Positions 17,699 through 27,400 of a DNA stretch of 64,000 nucleotides are shown here, one piece after another (the first letter of the stretch is position 1; the number at the start of each line of letters is the position of its first letter). Made by a program: the position numbers and the translations under genes. The notes under the pieces are model-generated. The model was given only the letters and a program-made list of their open reading frames with translations. It was not told where the DNA came from and made no database searches. This stretch comes from Bdellovibrionales bacterium (GTDB taxonomy: Bacteria > Bdellovibrionota > Bdellovibrionia > Bdellovibrionales > UBA1609), in contig JADZEO010000011.1 of assembly GCA_020850475.1 (NCBI GenBank), positions 10,764-74,763 of the forward strand, given 5' to 3'.

Positions 17699-19801
17699 AT
17701 GTCCAAGTTTATGAATTGGCTGAAAACGCTATTTCGTAGAATTTCGATGACACTCATCGGTCGCTATTACCAAATTCGGACACCGAATTTGTCCGCTTTG
17801 CTTGATTTGGCCGACCCCAGCAAGGATTTGAGTGAGCGCATCCGTTGGACCGAACAGCTCTTGGTGTGGGTGAGAACTCCCGTTCTGCCAGGCAAAGAAT
17901 TAAGAAGTCCCCAGGCTATTCAGTCAGTTCGGGTGAGATTCCTGCTGCAGTCCTTAGAGCGAAATCCACTTTGGAAAGTGAAAGTCGGGGAGGTCTTGTT
18001 TTCGGTATTGGTCGACACTGACCCGCTCAATTTATTTTGCCTCATTGGCTTGCCCAGAGAAGGCGGTTTTTTTAGTGAGGTCGTTGACCGGGTTGCGCGT
18101 CGGATTTTGCCTGTCCATCGCAACCCCAAGGACTTATCTGAATTGTTTGTTAACATGTTTGGCGCCGAACGCGATGCGATTTGGCTCATGCAGCTCGAGC
18201 CGGAAGTCTTGAATGATCTCTTTGAGGCGATCGCTCCCAGTTTGGAGCGCAAGGCCCAGCTTCAAGCCCATTTTGATATTGCTCTTCAAGACGCCTTGGC
18301 CATTTTGTCGGCCCAGATCGAGTCCTTGGGCTTATCGCCGGAAATTCGCATGCGGACCGGGATCAATAGCGTGCGCGAGTCGGCGTTCTGGTCCTTGCGC
18401 CTACAAATGGCCAGATTGCAAACCGAATTAGATGGGGGAGGTATCATCAACAAGATGGCTATTCCCCGCCATGCCGAGGAACTGTTGCAGCAAGTTCGAC
18501 AATGTGAAGCTCAGGTCGAGACGGCCCTACGTTACTTGGAAAATCATGGGGTCAGTGTGGCGATCGTGTACCGGTTGGAGCAGATCGAGTCCTTTCTTCA
18601 GCGGGTGTCGATTTTGATTCAATTGCGCTTTCGCCCGAATCCCACGACCTCCGATCGCCTTTGGCTGATTCTGCTGGCGGAACTCATTTTGAATTCGATT
18701 CAGAGTGCACGTTTACTTCCGCTTATCCAGGCCAACATTCACTTGCTGGCCAGAAAGATTGTGGAACGTACTGGCGACTCTGGTGAGCAATACATCACCC
18801 GTTCAAAGGCCGAGTACTTTCAAATGTTGGCTTCGGCGATTGGCGGGGGCGCTTTAACCAGCTTTACAGCACTCGGAAAGTTTGTTGTTTCTAAAGTTCA
18901 CGCGCCTCCGGTGATCGAAGGGTTCTTGGTGTGGATCAATTATTCAGGAAGTTTCCTTGCCATGCAGATGATGCATTTGTCGTTGGCAACCAAGCAAACC
19001 TCCATGACGGCTCCGGCCTTAGCGGCCAAGCTTAAGTCGATTAATAGCCCAATTGAGTTACAAGGATTTGTGCGTGAAGTGGCTGACATGACTCGGTCAC
19101 AGTTTATTGCCGCAGTCGGAAACGTCGGAGCGGTCATTCCTTGCGCCGTTTTATTGGATTTTGCTCTGTTTAAATATTTTGGCCGTCATGCCCTAACTCC
19201 GGAGTATGCCGAAAAAGTGGTGGCCACGCTCAATCCCCTCACCAGCTTAACAATTTTTTACGCTGCCCTCACGGGAGTTTTGTTGTGGTTGTCGAGTGTT
19301 TGTGCCGGCTGGTTGGAAAATTGGTTTGTCTATCGCCAACTGCCGGTTGCGATCACTCAATCACCGATGATGCGAACCTTTTTTGGTCATCGTTGGTCGA
19401 CTAAGATTGCCAATTGGATCATGGGCAAAATTTCGGGCATTGGCGGAAATGTCTCCTTGGGATTTTTTCTGGCCTATGTTCCGGTCGTGGGTCAATTCTT
19501 TGGGGTGGGCCTCGAGGTTCGCCACGTCACTCTCGCGGCAGGGTCATTGGCTTTTGCGATCGCCGGCATGTCGACTGAGCTGACGAGTCCGTTAAATGTG
19601 GGCTTAGCCGTGTTGGGCGTGGGCTTTATTGGCGTCTTGAATTTCGGGGTGAGTTTTGCGCTCGCTCTGTGGGTGGCGATTCGCGCGCGAAATATCAAGC
19701 GCGCTTGGGTCGTCCAACTTCTGCGAGCGATTTGGCTGGAAATGCGCCAGCGGCCGAAGTACTTCTTGTTTCCGCAGTCTGCGGTTGAAACAAAATCATA
19801 A
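17699..19801 (+). CDS. large polytopic membrane protein, resembles the family historically annotated 'site-specific recombinase' (PF10136-like)
   Basis: 700-codon ORF. The soluble helical N-terminal half opens with LLDLADPSKDLSERIRWTEQLLVWVR, and the C-terminal half is multi-TM. The family assignment is from memory only. Confidence 0.5.
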   Translation: MSKFMNWLKTLFRRISMTLIGRYYQIRTPNLSALLDLADPSKDLSERIRWTEQLLVWVRTPVLPGKELRSPQAIQSVRVRFLLQSLERNPLWKVKVGEVLFSVLVDTDPLNLFCLIGLPREGGFFSEVVDRVARRILPVHRNPKDLSELFVNMFGAERDAIWLMQLEPEVLNDLFEAIAPSLERKAQLQAHFDIALQDALAILSAQIESLGLSPEIRMRTGINSVRESAFWSLRLQMARLQTELDGGGIINKMAIPRHAEELLQQVRQCEAQVETALRYLENHGVSVAIVYRLEQIESFLQRVSILIQLRFRPNPTTSDRLWLILLAELILNSIQSARLLPLIQANIHLLARKIVERTGDSGEQYITRSKAEYFQMLASAIGGGALTSFTALGKFVVSKVHAPPVIEGFLVWINYSGSFLAMQMMHLSLATKQTSMTAPALAAKLKSINSPIELQGFVREVADMTRSQFIAAVGNVGAVIPCAVLLDFALFKYFGRHALTPEYAEKVVATLNPLTSLTIFYAALTGVLLWLSSVCAGWLENWFVYRQLPVAITQSPMMRTFFGHRWSTKIANWIMGKISGIGGNVSLGFFLAYVPVVGQFFGVGLEVRHVTLAAGSLAFAIAGMSTELTSPLNVGLAVLGVGFIGVLNFGVSFALALWVAIRARNIKRAWVVQLLRAIWLEMRQRPKYFLFPQSAVETKS

Positions 19802-19810
19802 GGATGAGCG

Positions 19811-20806
19811 ATGACTGGGTTGGTAGCGATTCAAATTGTAGGCGGCTTGTTACTGCTGATCGTCGGAGGAGAGTTCCTGGTACGGGGAGCTTCGCGGCTG
19901 GCGGCCTCATTGGGAGTTCCGTCAGTCATTATTGGTCTTACGGTGGTTGCCTTCGGCACCAGTACCCCCGAGCTGGCGGTGAGTTTTAAGGCGGCCTTGG
20001 CCGGGAGTGCGAACATCGCTGTAGCCAATGTTGTGGGGAGCAATATTTTTAATACGCTCTTCATCCTTGGCTTATCGGCCCTGGTGAGCCCATTGATCAT
20101 TCACTCGCAAATGATTCGGCGAGAGGTGCCAATTATGATTGGTGTCTCGCTTCTGCTTTATCTATTGTCCCTCGGCGGCGAGATCAGCCGAATGGAGGGC
20201 CTCCTGCTTTTCGCCGGAATTGTCAGCTACACGACTTGGCTGGTTTTAGAGGCCCGGCAGAATCGCAAAGAGGATCGCCCGATTGTTGACGAGTCTGAGA
20301 AGGTCTACGGATCGCTCAAGGATGGGCGAAAGGCCGTCGTCGTCGCTGTCGCATTGGTCGTCGGGGGGTTGGCGATTGTGATGTGGGGTGCTGACCTATT
20401 GGTCGATGGGGCGGTGGCGATGGCCAAAAACCTCGGGGTGAGCGATACCGTGATCGGTCTCACGATTGTCGCGGCGGGAACTTCCTTGCCCGAGGTGGTG
20501 GCGTCACTCGTAGCAACCATCAAGGGCGAGCGCGACATAGCCGTTGGCAACGTGGTCGGAAGTAACCTATACAACGTTTTAGCCATCATAGGCATCACTG
20601 GCGCTGCGTCTCCGAGCGGTCTTGCGGTCGGCGAGCAACTACTTAATTTTGATATCCCCCTCATGATCGCATCGGCGGTCTTATGTTGGCCCTTTTTTAA
20701 GACCGGCAAAAGGCTTTCCCGCCTCGAAGGCGGGGTGTTTCTTGTTGGTTACATCGCCTATACGACCTATTTGGTTTTGCATGCGAACACCGGGGTAGCC
20801 AACTAG
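19811..20806 (+). CDS. yrbG: calcium/sodium antiporter (CaCA / YrbG family)
   Basis: Two alpha-repeat signatures, GLTVVAFGTSTPELAVS and GLTIVAAGTSLPEVVAS, each followed by GNVVGSN(I/L)(F/Y)N. Confidence 0.9.
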   Translation: MTGLVAIQIVGGLLLLIVGGEFLVRGASRLAASLGVPSVIIGLTVVAFGTSTPELAVSFKAALAGSANIAVANVVGSNIFNTLFILGLSALVSPLIIHSQMIRREVPIMIGVSLLLYLLSLGGEISRMEGLLLFAGIVSYTTWLVLEARQNRKEDRPIVDESEKVYGSLKDGRKAVVVAVALVVGGLAIVMWGADLLVDGAVAMAKNLGVSDTVIGLTIVAAGTSLPEVVASLVATIKGERDIAVGNVVGSNLYNVLAIIGITGAASPSGLAVGEQLLNFDIPLMIASAVLCWPFFKTGKRLSRLEGGVFLVGYIAYTTYLVLHANTGVAN

Positions 20807-20850
20807 CGCCCTGGCGCATCGCACAACGCTCATTCAGTTGAGACCAACTT

Positions 20851-20880
20851 TTGACAAGTTGCCCTATTCCCAGCTAGATA
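20851..20880 (+). promoter_or_regulatory. putative sigma-70-type promoter for the divergent pyrophosphatase gene
   Basis: TTGACA (20851-20856), an 18-nt spacer, then TAGATA (20875-20880), about 50 nt upstream of the ATG at 20929. Confidence 0.35.
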
Positions 20881-20928
20881 AGCCCGCACCTTTAAAAATT
20901 TTTAACCTATATCAGTATCGAGGACTAC

Positions 20929-23403
20929 ATGAAGGACATCATGAAGCGCATGGTTCAGTTCGGCCTGACAGCTCTTGGCCTACTTCAAACTCACTCTGCC
21001 TTTGCCTCCGAAGCAGACTTGGTCATTCCTAATTTGAATGTGACCTTCCCTCTGCTTGGTGACATGAACGGGCAGACCGTTTTGGTTATGGGCTTAGTTG
21101 TCGCACTTATCGGTATCGCCTTCGGGATGAAAGAATTCTTTGGCATCAAAGGCCTACCTGTTCATCGCTCGATGCGTGAGGTTTCAGACCTCATCTATGA
21201 AACCTGCAAGACCTACATGATCGAACAAGGCAAACTGCTGATGATTCTCGAAGCTTGTATTGCCGTTTGTATTGTCGGGTACTTTGGTTTCTTAATGGGT
21301 TTTGGATTTGACCGCGTACTTCTAGTACACATGTGGTCCGTGCTAGGAATTCTGGGTTCCTTCGGTGTCGCCTGGTTTGGTATTCGTTTGAACACCTATG
21401 CCAACAGCCGTACGAGCTTTGCCTCTCTCGGTGGCCGCCCGTATCCGGTGATGGAAATTCCACTTAAAGCCGGGATGTCGATCGGCGTTGTACTGATTTG
21501 CGTTGAGCTCATCATGATGATCATGATCCTTATGTTTGTTGCGCCTGACGCTGCTGGCGCCTGCTTTATCGGATTTGCCATCGGTGAATCTTTGGGCGCT
21601 TCGGCTCTGCGGGTTTGTGGCGGTATCTTTACTAAGATTGCAGATATCGGTTCTGACCTGATGAAGATCGTTTTCAAAATTAAGGAAGACGATGCTCGTA
21701 ATCCGGGTGTGATCGCCGATTGCACGGGCGACAATGCGGGTGACTCGGTTGGACCCACAGCGGATGGCTTTGAAACCTACGGCGTGACCGGTGTGGCCCT
21801 GATTTCCTTTATCGTCTTGGCCGTTGGGATGCAGATGCAGCAAGGTGGAACCCATGCCCTGATGCCCGATGGACAGAATCTTCAGGCCAAGTTTATCGTG
21901 TGGATCTTCGCGATGCGAATTCTCATGATCCTGACCTCGATTGTTTCCTACGTAATTACCAATGCAGTTTCCAAGGCCAATTTCTCCGCACTCAAACACT
22001 TTGACTTTGAAATTCCGCTGACAGCTCTGGTTTGGGTAACTTCAGTGCTTTCAATATTGGTGACCTACGCAGTGAGCTACTTCATGTTGGGTCAACTCGA
22101 TGGTGGAATGTGGTGGAAGCTGTCGACCATCATTAGTTGTGGGACCATTGCGGCTGCCGTAATTCCGGAAGTGACAAAAATCTTTACTTCCGCCAAATCA
22201 ACTCATGTTTTTGAAGTGGTTGAGGCCTCTCGAGAGGGTGGCGCTAGCCTGAACGTGCTCAGCGGAATCGTCGCTGGAAACTATTCGGCCTTCTGGAAGG
22301 GCATTGTTATCGTGGGCCTGATGTTTGTGGCCTTTATGACGAGTACGATGGGGCTTGATCAAATCATGATCCACCCAGCGGTATTTGCCTTCGGCCTGGT
22401 CGCCTTCGGTATGCTCGGGATGGGTCCGGTAACGATTGCCGTCGATTCTTACGGTCCCGTGACCGATAACGCGCAGTCGGTTTTTGAGCTCTCCCAGATT
22501 GAACAGCTGCCCAACATCTCAGGTGAAATTGAAAAGGAATTTGGTTTTAAACCGAATTTTGAAGAGGGCAAGTTGTACCTGGAAGAGAACGACTCGGCGG
22601 GCAACACGTTTAAGGCCACAGCCAAGCCGGTGCTTATCGGCACGGCGGTGATTGGTGCGACAACGATGATCTTTTCGATCATTCTCCTTCTGAATCTCAA
22701 GTTGGATTTGTTGGATCCCAAGGTATTGTTGGGACTCATTACAGGTGGAGCGGTGATTTACTGGTTCTCTGGTGCCTCAACACAAGCTGTGGTCACCGGG
22801 GCCTATCGCGCAGTTGAGTTCATTAAGAAAAATATTAAATTAGAAGGTGTGACGAAGGCCTCCGTTGAGGATTCAAAACACGTGGTTAAGATTTGCACTC
22901 AGTACGCGCAAAAAGGGATGATCAACATCTTTGGCGTCGTTTTCTTCCTGACCCTCGCGTTTGCTTGTTTTGATCCCACCTTTTTCGCCAGCTACCTGAT
23001 TTCAATCGCGGTGTTTGGTCTTTTCCAAGCGATGTTTATGGCGAATGCGGGTGGTGCTTGGGATAACGCCAAAAAACGGGTGGAAGTGGACCTCAAAGAC
23101 AAGGGCTCCGAGCTTCATGCCGCGACGGTTGTTGGTGACACTGTGGGTGACCCCTTCAAAGACACGGCGAGTGTGGCGTTGAATCCGATCATCAAGTTCA
23201 CCACTTTGTTTGGTCTGTTGGCGGTTGAGATTGCGGTGAAGATGACTGGCCATGGCGGGGAGTCGGTATCGATGGTTACCGAAGCTTCCACCTTAGGCGG
23301 TGGTAATTGGACGAATTTAGTGATTGCGCCGGCCTTGTTAATCGGTGGACTCATCTTTGTATGGCGCTCCTTCTACGGAATGCGCATTCGCGGCCAAGAT
23401 TGA
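20929..23403 (+). CDS. hppA: membrane-integral pyrophosphatase, long divergent type (Lys at the K+-dependence determinant)
   Basis: [55 protein letters not shown] and [19 protein letters not shown] stands in place of the GNTT(A/K)A motif. At 824 aa it is about 150 aa longer than the second copy. Confidence 0.9.
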   Translation: MKDIMKRMVQFGLTALGLLQTHSAFASEADLVIPNLNVTFPLLGDMNGQTVLVMGLVVALIGIAFGMKEFFGIKGLPVHRSMREVSDLIYETCKTYMIEQGKLLMILEACIAVCIVGYFGFLMGFGFDRVLLVHMWSVLGILGSFGVAWFGIRLNTYANSRTSFASLGGRPYPVMEIPLKAGMSIGVVLICVELIMMIMILMFVAPDAAGACFIGFAIGESLGASALRVCGGIFTKIADIGSDLMKIVFKIKEDDARNPGVIADCTGDNAGDSVGPTADGFETYGVTGVALISFIVLAVGMQMQQGGTHALMPDGQNLQAKFIVWIFAMRILMILTSIVSYVITNAVSKANFSALKHFDFEIPLTALVWVTSVLSILVTYAVSYFMLGQLDGGMWWKLSTIISCGTIAAAVIPEVTKIFTSAKSTHVFEVVEASREGGASLNVLSGIVAGNYSAFWKGIVIVGLMFVAFMTSTMGLDQIMIHPAVFAFGLVAFGMLGMGPVTIAVDSYGPVTDNAQSVFELSQIEQLPNISGEIEKEFGFKPNFEEGKLYLEENDSAGNTFKATAKPVLIGTAVIGATTMIFSIILLLNLKLDLLDPKVLLGLITGGAVIYWFSGASTQAVVTGAYRAVEFIKKNIKLEGVTKASVEDSKHVVKICTQYAQKGMINIFGVVFFLTLAFACFDPTFFASYLISIAVFGLFQAMFMANAGGAWDNAKKRVEVDLKDKGSELHAATVVGDTVGDPFKDTASVALNPIIKFTTLFGLLAVEIAVKMTGHGGESVSMVTEASTLGGGNWTNLVIAPALLIGGLIFVWRSFYGMRIRGQD

Positions 23404-23442
23404 ACTAGTTTCGGTCGCTGATTAATTCGCGGAGTCAAAAAG

Positions 23443-23473
23443 CCAAGACCCTTTGTGGTCTTGGTTTTTTTTT
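23443..23473. terminator. bidirectional rho-independent terminator between convergent genes
   Basis: Perfect 8-bp GC-rich stem (CCAAGACC / GGTCTTGG) with a 6-nt loop. It is followed by T9 on the + strand and preceded by A5, which reads as a T-run on the - strand. Confidence 0.8.
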
Positions 23474-23501
23474 GGACTTGGACTTTCAGGAGGCAAGAAT
23501 T

Positions 23502-24329
23502 TTACGGAATGCCCCACTTGTTTTGGAGGACCTTCATGACGACATTGGTCTCGGTGGGACTGAGCTCCCCTTTGAAAATGATGAATTCCCCTATCTGCAG
23601 TTGATCGGCCGCATAGCCACCGATCCAGAGCGAGCGATTATTGGGCTGGTATTCGGCTCCGGGGGGCAGAGCCTTGGTCGCCGAAAATCGAGAGTTATCG
23701 CGAATTGAAATTGCTTGGGGCTTAACCGATCCGGCGATCACCTTGGCCAGCGATGAGATTTCGCCATAGTCGACTTGTCCACCACCGCCGTTATAGTCGT
23801 TGATCCAAAATTGGAACCGCTCGTCTCCGCTGCAGTTAAAGTCGGTAAATCCAAATCCGCTCGACCAGGCGCCCGGGTTGTCTTTGATAAAGGCCAACTG
23901 GTAACAGCGCTTTTGCGACTTCTTCATGACCAAGAAAAAGGTAAACGATGGCTCTTCGAGTGCGGCATCGCTCACAAATTCGACGCCCCCTTTGTCATTC
24001 AGGACCATGCTCGGGTGGCCGCCGATCCCACTGCGAAGGTAATTGACACCAACCGCAGAAACGACTCCGGTGCGTTTGTAATTGGAAGTTTCTTGGACTT
24101 TGGTTACCAGACCATCCGCATTGAACTCCAGGGTTCCGGCGGCTTGGGCGTCGAAGCGAAACAATATTTCATTTTGTATGGTCCACCCGGTCCGTGGGAC
24201 ATCGGTTAGGGGAGCAGGTTTGCTCTCTGAGGAGTCGGATGATGAAGTGTCGTAGCTGCAACCCGTTTGAAAGGTGGCAAGCTGTCCCAAGAAGAGAAAT
24301 AGAATCCATCTCAATTTGATATGCTTCAT
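23502..24329 (-). CDS. LamG/concanavalin-like lipoprotein (hypothetical)
   Basis: Lipobox LATFQTGC followed by a Ser/Asp-rich linker. The C-terminal ...LWIGGYAADQLQIGEFIIFKGELSPTETNVVMKVLQNKWGI is typical of Laminin-G_3-type domains. Confidence 0.55.
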   Translation of the reverse strand: MKHIKLRWILFLFLGQLATFQTGCSYDTSSSDSSESKPAPLTDVPRTGWTIQNEILFRFDAQAAGTLEFNADGLVTKVQETSNYKRTGVVSAVGVNYLRSGIGGHPSMVLNDKGGVEFVSDAALEEPSFTFFLVMKKSQKRCYQLAFIKDNPGAWSSGFGFTDFNCSGDERFQFWINDYNGGGGQVDYGEISSLAKVIAGSVKPQAISIRDNSRFSATKALPPGAEYQPNNRSLWIGGYAADQLQIGEFIIFKGELSPTETNVVMKVLQNKWGIP

Positions 24330-24509
24330 ACCAACCCCACTGTCAGCTGATGCCGACCACGACCTTCCCTCAAACTAGTTTGCAAATTGCGTTCTTGATA
24401 CGATTTGAGTCAGTGATCCGAACACCTGGTGCAGGTGTTAACTGAGGTCTCAAAGTTGGATTTTACATGATTAGTTCTTGGTGGCTCGACAAAAAACTGG
24501 GCAGCGCGA

Positions 24510-25559
24510 TTAGCGCTTGTAAATGTAAAAGGTGCCGCCAACTTGCGAGCGTTGGGAGATGAAAACTACGACTCCCAGGTCCGGAATTGAGGAAACGACA
24601 AGCCCGTCGAGAGGATTGTTGACGTCACTCGGTTTGTTTCCAAGTTTGGTCCAGCTGCCCCCATCGCTAGGATTAAGTTCCCAAAGTTCACCTTCACTCA
24701 GCAAGAGAAAGTTGCCGGTGGTGGGTTCGTTGATCAGCGCGCCTTGCTGAATCCCCACTCGGGCATTCCCGGGCGGATCGGGCATACGCAAGACGCTGCC
24801 ATCCGCGGAGAGGCGCCAAATGATTTTAGGAGCGGTGTTGCAGCCGCCGTAGACGGCGAGGTTTTTTTTGGCACTGTACTTCATGAGGCTTCCATAAGTG
24901 GCGCCGGTCGAAAAGTAGGGTGCGCGTGCTCCTTGGTTGTAAAACCATTTGTTTGCCAGAGGGTCAAAGGCGACGATGCGGCCGTCATTGGCTCCCCCAG
25001 TGGAGTCGCCACTGTTAAAAATCATGTAACAGCCTTGAGCACCGCAGTTCAAGAAGGGCCCCGACCACCAACAAGACCCAAGCGCAACTTGTTGGTAGCC
25101 GGCAGCCACATTAGGGATGGTGGAGAAGGAATCAGCGTTAAACAGTCGTCGGCGAACTTCAATGGGATCGCTCCCAATCCGATAAATCCGGTGATACAAA
25201 TCTCCCGTAAACGGATTGACCGCGTTGTGATCGTAACCATGGGCCGTCCCGAGGCCGGCGTCGTCGGCCACCAAGACAAAGCGATTGGTCATTTCATCGT
25301 AACGAACATGCCGAAGCGAAGGGTAGCCATGGTCCATGCCGATGATTTCAATCGCGCGGTACTTTGGATTCCATGGCATTTCGTTACAGTAATGGAGCAT
25401 CGAACCCGAGTGTTGCCCAAGTCCCAAAAGCTCATCTTGATTGGTTACTGAGAGCTTGCTCCAAGTTCCGGATGGAGTGGTCTGCGCCAGCCGCGCCAGC
25501 GGCGACGATCCTGGTTTTACCACTCGGAGTGAGGTTGCTGAAGAAATGAGTGTTGCCAT
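24510..25559 (-). CDS. beta-propeller-like protein, paralog A (unknown function)
   Basis: I chose the ATG at 25559 because MATLISSATSLRVVKPGSSPLARL aligns with the N-terminus of the paralog at 27401. The track ORF extends to 25682 through an Arg-rich, implausible leader. The sequence has repeated W/Y/G-rich blade-like segments. Confidence 0.6.
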   Translation of the reverse strand: MATLISSATSLRVVKPGSSPLARLAQTTPSGTWSKLSVTNQDELLGLGQHSGSMLHYCNEMPWNPKYRAIEIIGMDHGYPSLRHVRYDEMTNRFVLVADDAGLGTAHGYDHNAVNPFTGDLYHRIYRIGSDPIEVRRRLFNADSFSTIPNVAAGYQQVALGSCWWSGPFLNCGAQGCYMIFNSGDSTGGANDGRIVAFDPLANKWFYNQGARAPYFSTGATYGSLMKYSAKKNLAVYGGCNTAPKIIWRLSADGSVLRMPDPPGNARVGIQQGALINEPTTGNFLLLSEGELWELNPSDGGSWTKLGNKPSDVNNPLDGLVVSSIPDLGVVVFISQRSQVGGTFYIYKR

Positions 25560-25792
25560 CTTGCACTTCACTTTGCAACGGCGGTACCAAAAATGGCTCG
25601 CAGGATGACTGGCGATTTTCATGTTGATACGTCGAACTCTTCGTCTTCGTCTAAGGACTGTATAATTTTTTTGGTGTCTCACGACGAGACATCGGCTCTA
25701 AATATCTAAAGACTCATCGACTTCCCTAGTGAGCGTAAAAAATTTTTTGGTTGTGCCTTGAGTTATCGAGACTTTCAGCCGAACAGTTTGTC

Positions 25793-26659
25793 ATGGGGGC
25801 TGCGCCGAAAATATCACATCGACCTGATGTATTTGATTACCATGACTACCGGACCTTCTTGTCTGACATGTTTGCCTTTCTAAAAGATCACCAGCCGGGA
25901 TTTTCTGTTCGTCATCTGGCGCGCCAGGTGGGTGTGTCGTCCGGGTATTTTAATATGGTTATCAAAGAAGGCTCGCCCTTGTCGCCGCGAGTGCTGGCGC
26001 AGTTGGGATCACCTTTGGGCCTCAATCAAGAGGAGCTCAACTATTGGGCTCATTTGGCGGCATTGATTGATGCCAAGACGCTCGAAGCACAGCGGCTCGC
26101 GTTTCGCAAACTCTCGCGCTTTGGGCTCTACAAAAGCCGCCACCACGAAGCCATCTTAGCCCACCAATATTTTTCAAATTGGTATTTTGTGGCCATCCGC
26201 GAGCTCGCCAATCGCAGTGACTTTAAGCCAGATGCCAAGTGGATCAACGAGCACTTGGTCAAGCGGGTGCCACTCAGTGAGATTCGCAGTGCCCTGGATT
26301 TTCTGCTGCGGTATGAGTTGATTGTATCCAATAATGAGGGTGGCTTCTCCGCCTCGGCCTCTCGCCTTGAGTGTGAAGGTGCGATCTACCGCATGGCTTT
26401 GACGGAATTCTACAAACAGACCTATCAAATGTGCATTGAATCGATTTACGAGATTCCGCGCGAGGAGCGACACCTCGCCTCGCACACGGTGGCCTTGAGT
26501 GCTGAGGGGTTTGCGAAGTTGCAAAAGATCATCCAAAACTCCATCGACCAACTCCAGGAGTTGTCTGTGACTGAGGATCAAAAAGATCCCGATAAGCGGG
26601 TCTACCACGTCTCTTTGGCCGCAATTCCTTTAAGTACAGCGGGAGGGCGCCAACGATGA
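25793..26659 (+). CDS. TIGR02147 / DUF4423 family putative transcriptional regulator
   Basis: YHDYRTFLSDMFAFLK...FSVRHLARQVGVSSGYFNMVIKEGSPLSPR (HTH), followed by LNQEELNYWAHL. This matches my memory of this family, which is known from Fibrobacter and, from memory, Bdellovibrio. Confidence 0.7.
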   Translation: MGAAPKISHRPDVFDYHDYRTFLSDMFAFLKDHQPGFSVRHLARQVGVSSGYFNMVIKEGSPLSPRVLAQLGSPLGLNQEELNYWAHLAALIDAKTLEAQRLAFRKLSRFGLYKSRHHEAILAHQYFSNWYFVAIRELANRSDFKPDAKWINEHLVKRVPLSEIRSALDFLLRYELIVSNNEGGFSASASRLECEGAIYRMALTEFYKQTYQMCIESIYEIPREERHLASHTVALSAEGFAKLQKIIQNSIDQLQELSVTEDQKDPDKRVYHVSLAAIPLSTAGGRQR

Positions 26660-27393
26660 AGCGAACCGCCGCCATTGGGTCAATTGCTCTCTTAATCGTA
26701 ATTTTTGCCGTGGTCTTTCAAAGCTGTCGGCCAGTATCTCAGGTGGTGGGAGGGTCAACCACGGGTAATCCCATGTCCAGCGATGTTGAAGTGACTCTCA
26801 AAGGATTTGACGTTGATGGAGATCCCTTGGTGCAAAAGCTTGATGAGTCGCCGGTGACGGGGAGTCAGACCTTTGCCACCAGCCGGTTTGAGCTGTGGAT
26901 TTGCGTTCACACTCTAGCCTTTAAACACTACTACACCCGCAACCCTGACATCTATGATCCGGAGCGCGCAACTGGAATTGAGTTCATTGGTCCGATTGAA
27001 GTGAAGTCCCAGGGAACGAGTTTGGGCCGCTTTGATCTCGCCGATGGTGAATACAACCAAATAGAGATGGGCTTAACCCAAAGGTACGACTGGACGCCCT
27101 GTGGGTACAGTCTCAAAGTGGTCAACGACCATGGCGAATTTACTTCGGGAGAGTCGCTCAACTTGGTTTATCAAGGAACCTACCGAATCGACAATTCAGT
27201 GCAATTAATTGAACTGCCCACCCAATCGCTCGCCAGTGCGATGGCCGAAGTCAACGCCGACGAAGATGCTTGCGAAGAAGACCCCTCGCGATCGGATTGC
27301 CAGGCTTGCCAAGCCGATCCGCAAGGTCCCACCTGCCTCACCATCGAACGGCTGATCGTCGAGCGCGGTTTGGGCTGGGTTTACGGAAGGTAA
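26656..27393 (+). CDS. small envelope protein (signal-anchored or lipoprotein), translationally coupled to the regulator
   Basis: The ATGA overlap with the upstream stop suggests coupling. N-terminal hydrophobic segment IALLIVIFAVVFQSC. Cys-rich acidic C-terminus (CEEDPSRSDCQACQADPQGPTC). Confidence 0.6.
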   Translation: MKRTAAIGSIALLIVIFAVVFQSCRPVSQVVGGSTTGNPMSSDVEVTLKGFDVDGDPLVQKLDESPVTGSQTFATSRFELWICVHTLAFKHYYTRNPDIYDPERATGIEFIGPIEVKSQGTSLGRFDLADGEYNQIEMGLTQRYDWTPCGYSLKVVNDHGEFTSGESLNLVYQGTYRIDNSVQLIELPTQSLASAMAEVNADEDACEEDPSRSDCQACQADPQGPTCLTIERLIVERGLGWVYGR

Positions 27394-27400
27394 TGAAGAC

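Noticed and set aside
21343-21999. 218-aa and 120-aa minus-strand ORFs within the first pyrophosphatase gene
   Set aside because: These are shadow ORFs opposite a gene that carries all mPPase motifs.
24744-25451. 235-aa plus-strand ORF inside propeller paralog A
   Set aside because: It is antisense to the minus-strand gene, whose N- and C-termini align with the paralog at 27401-28423. The plus-frame product has no recognisable features.
25560-25682. N-terminal extensions implied by the ORF-track starts (here, and likewise at 35653, 39664, 56946, 61333, 2162 and 10091)
   Set aside because: The extensions lack RBS support, bury signal peptides internally, or include terminator hairpins or upstream genes. 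Internal starts with an RBS plus a signal peptide or homology were preferred, but they remain predictions.
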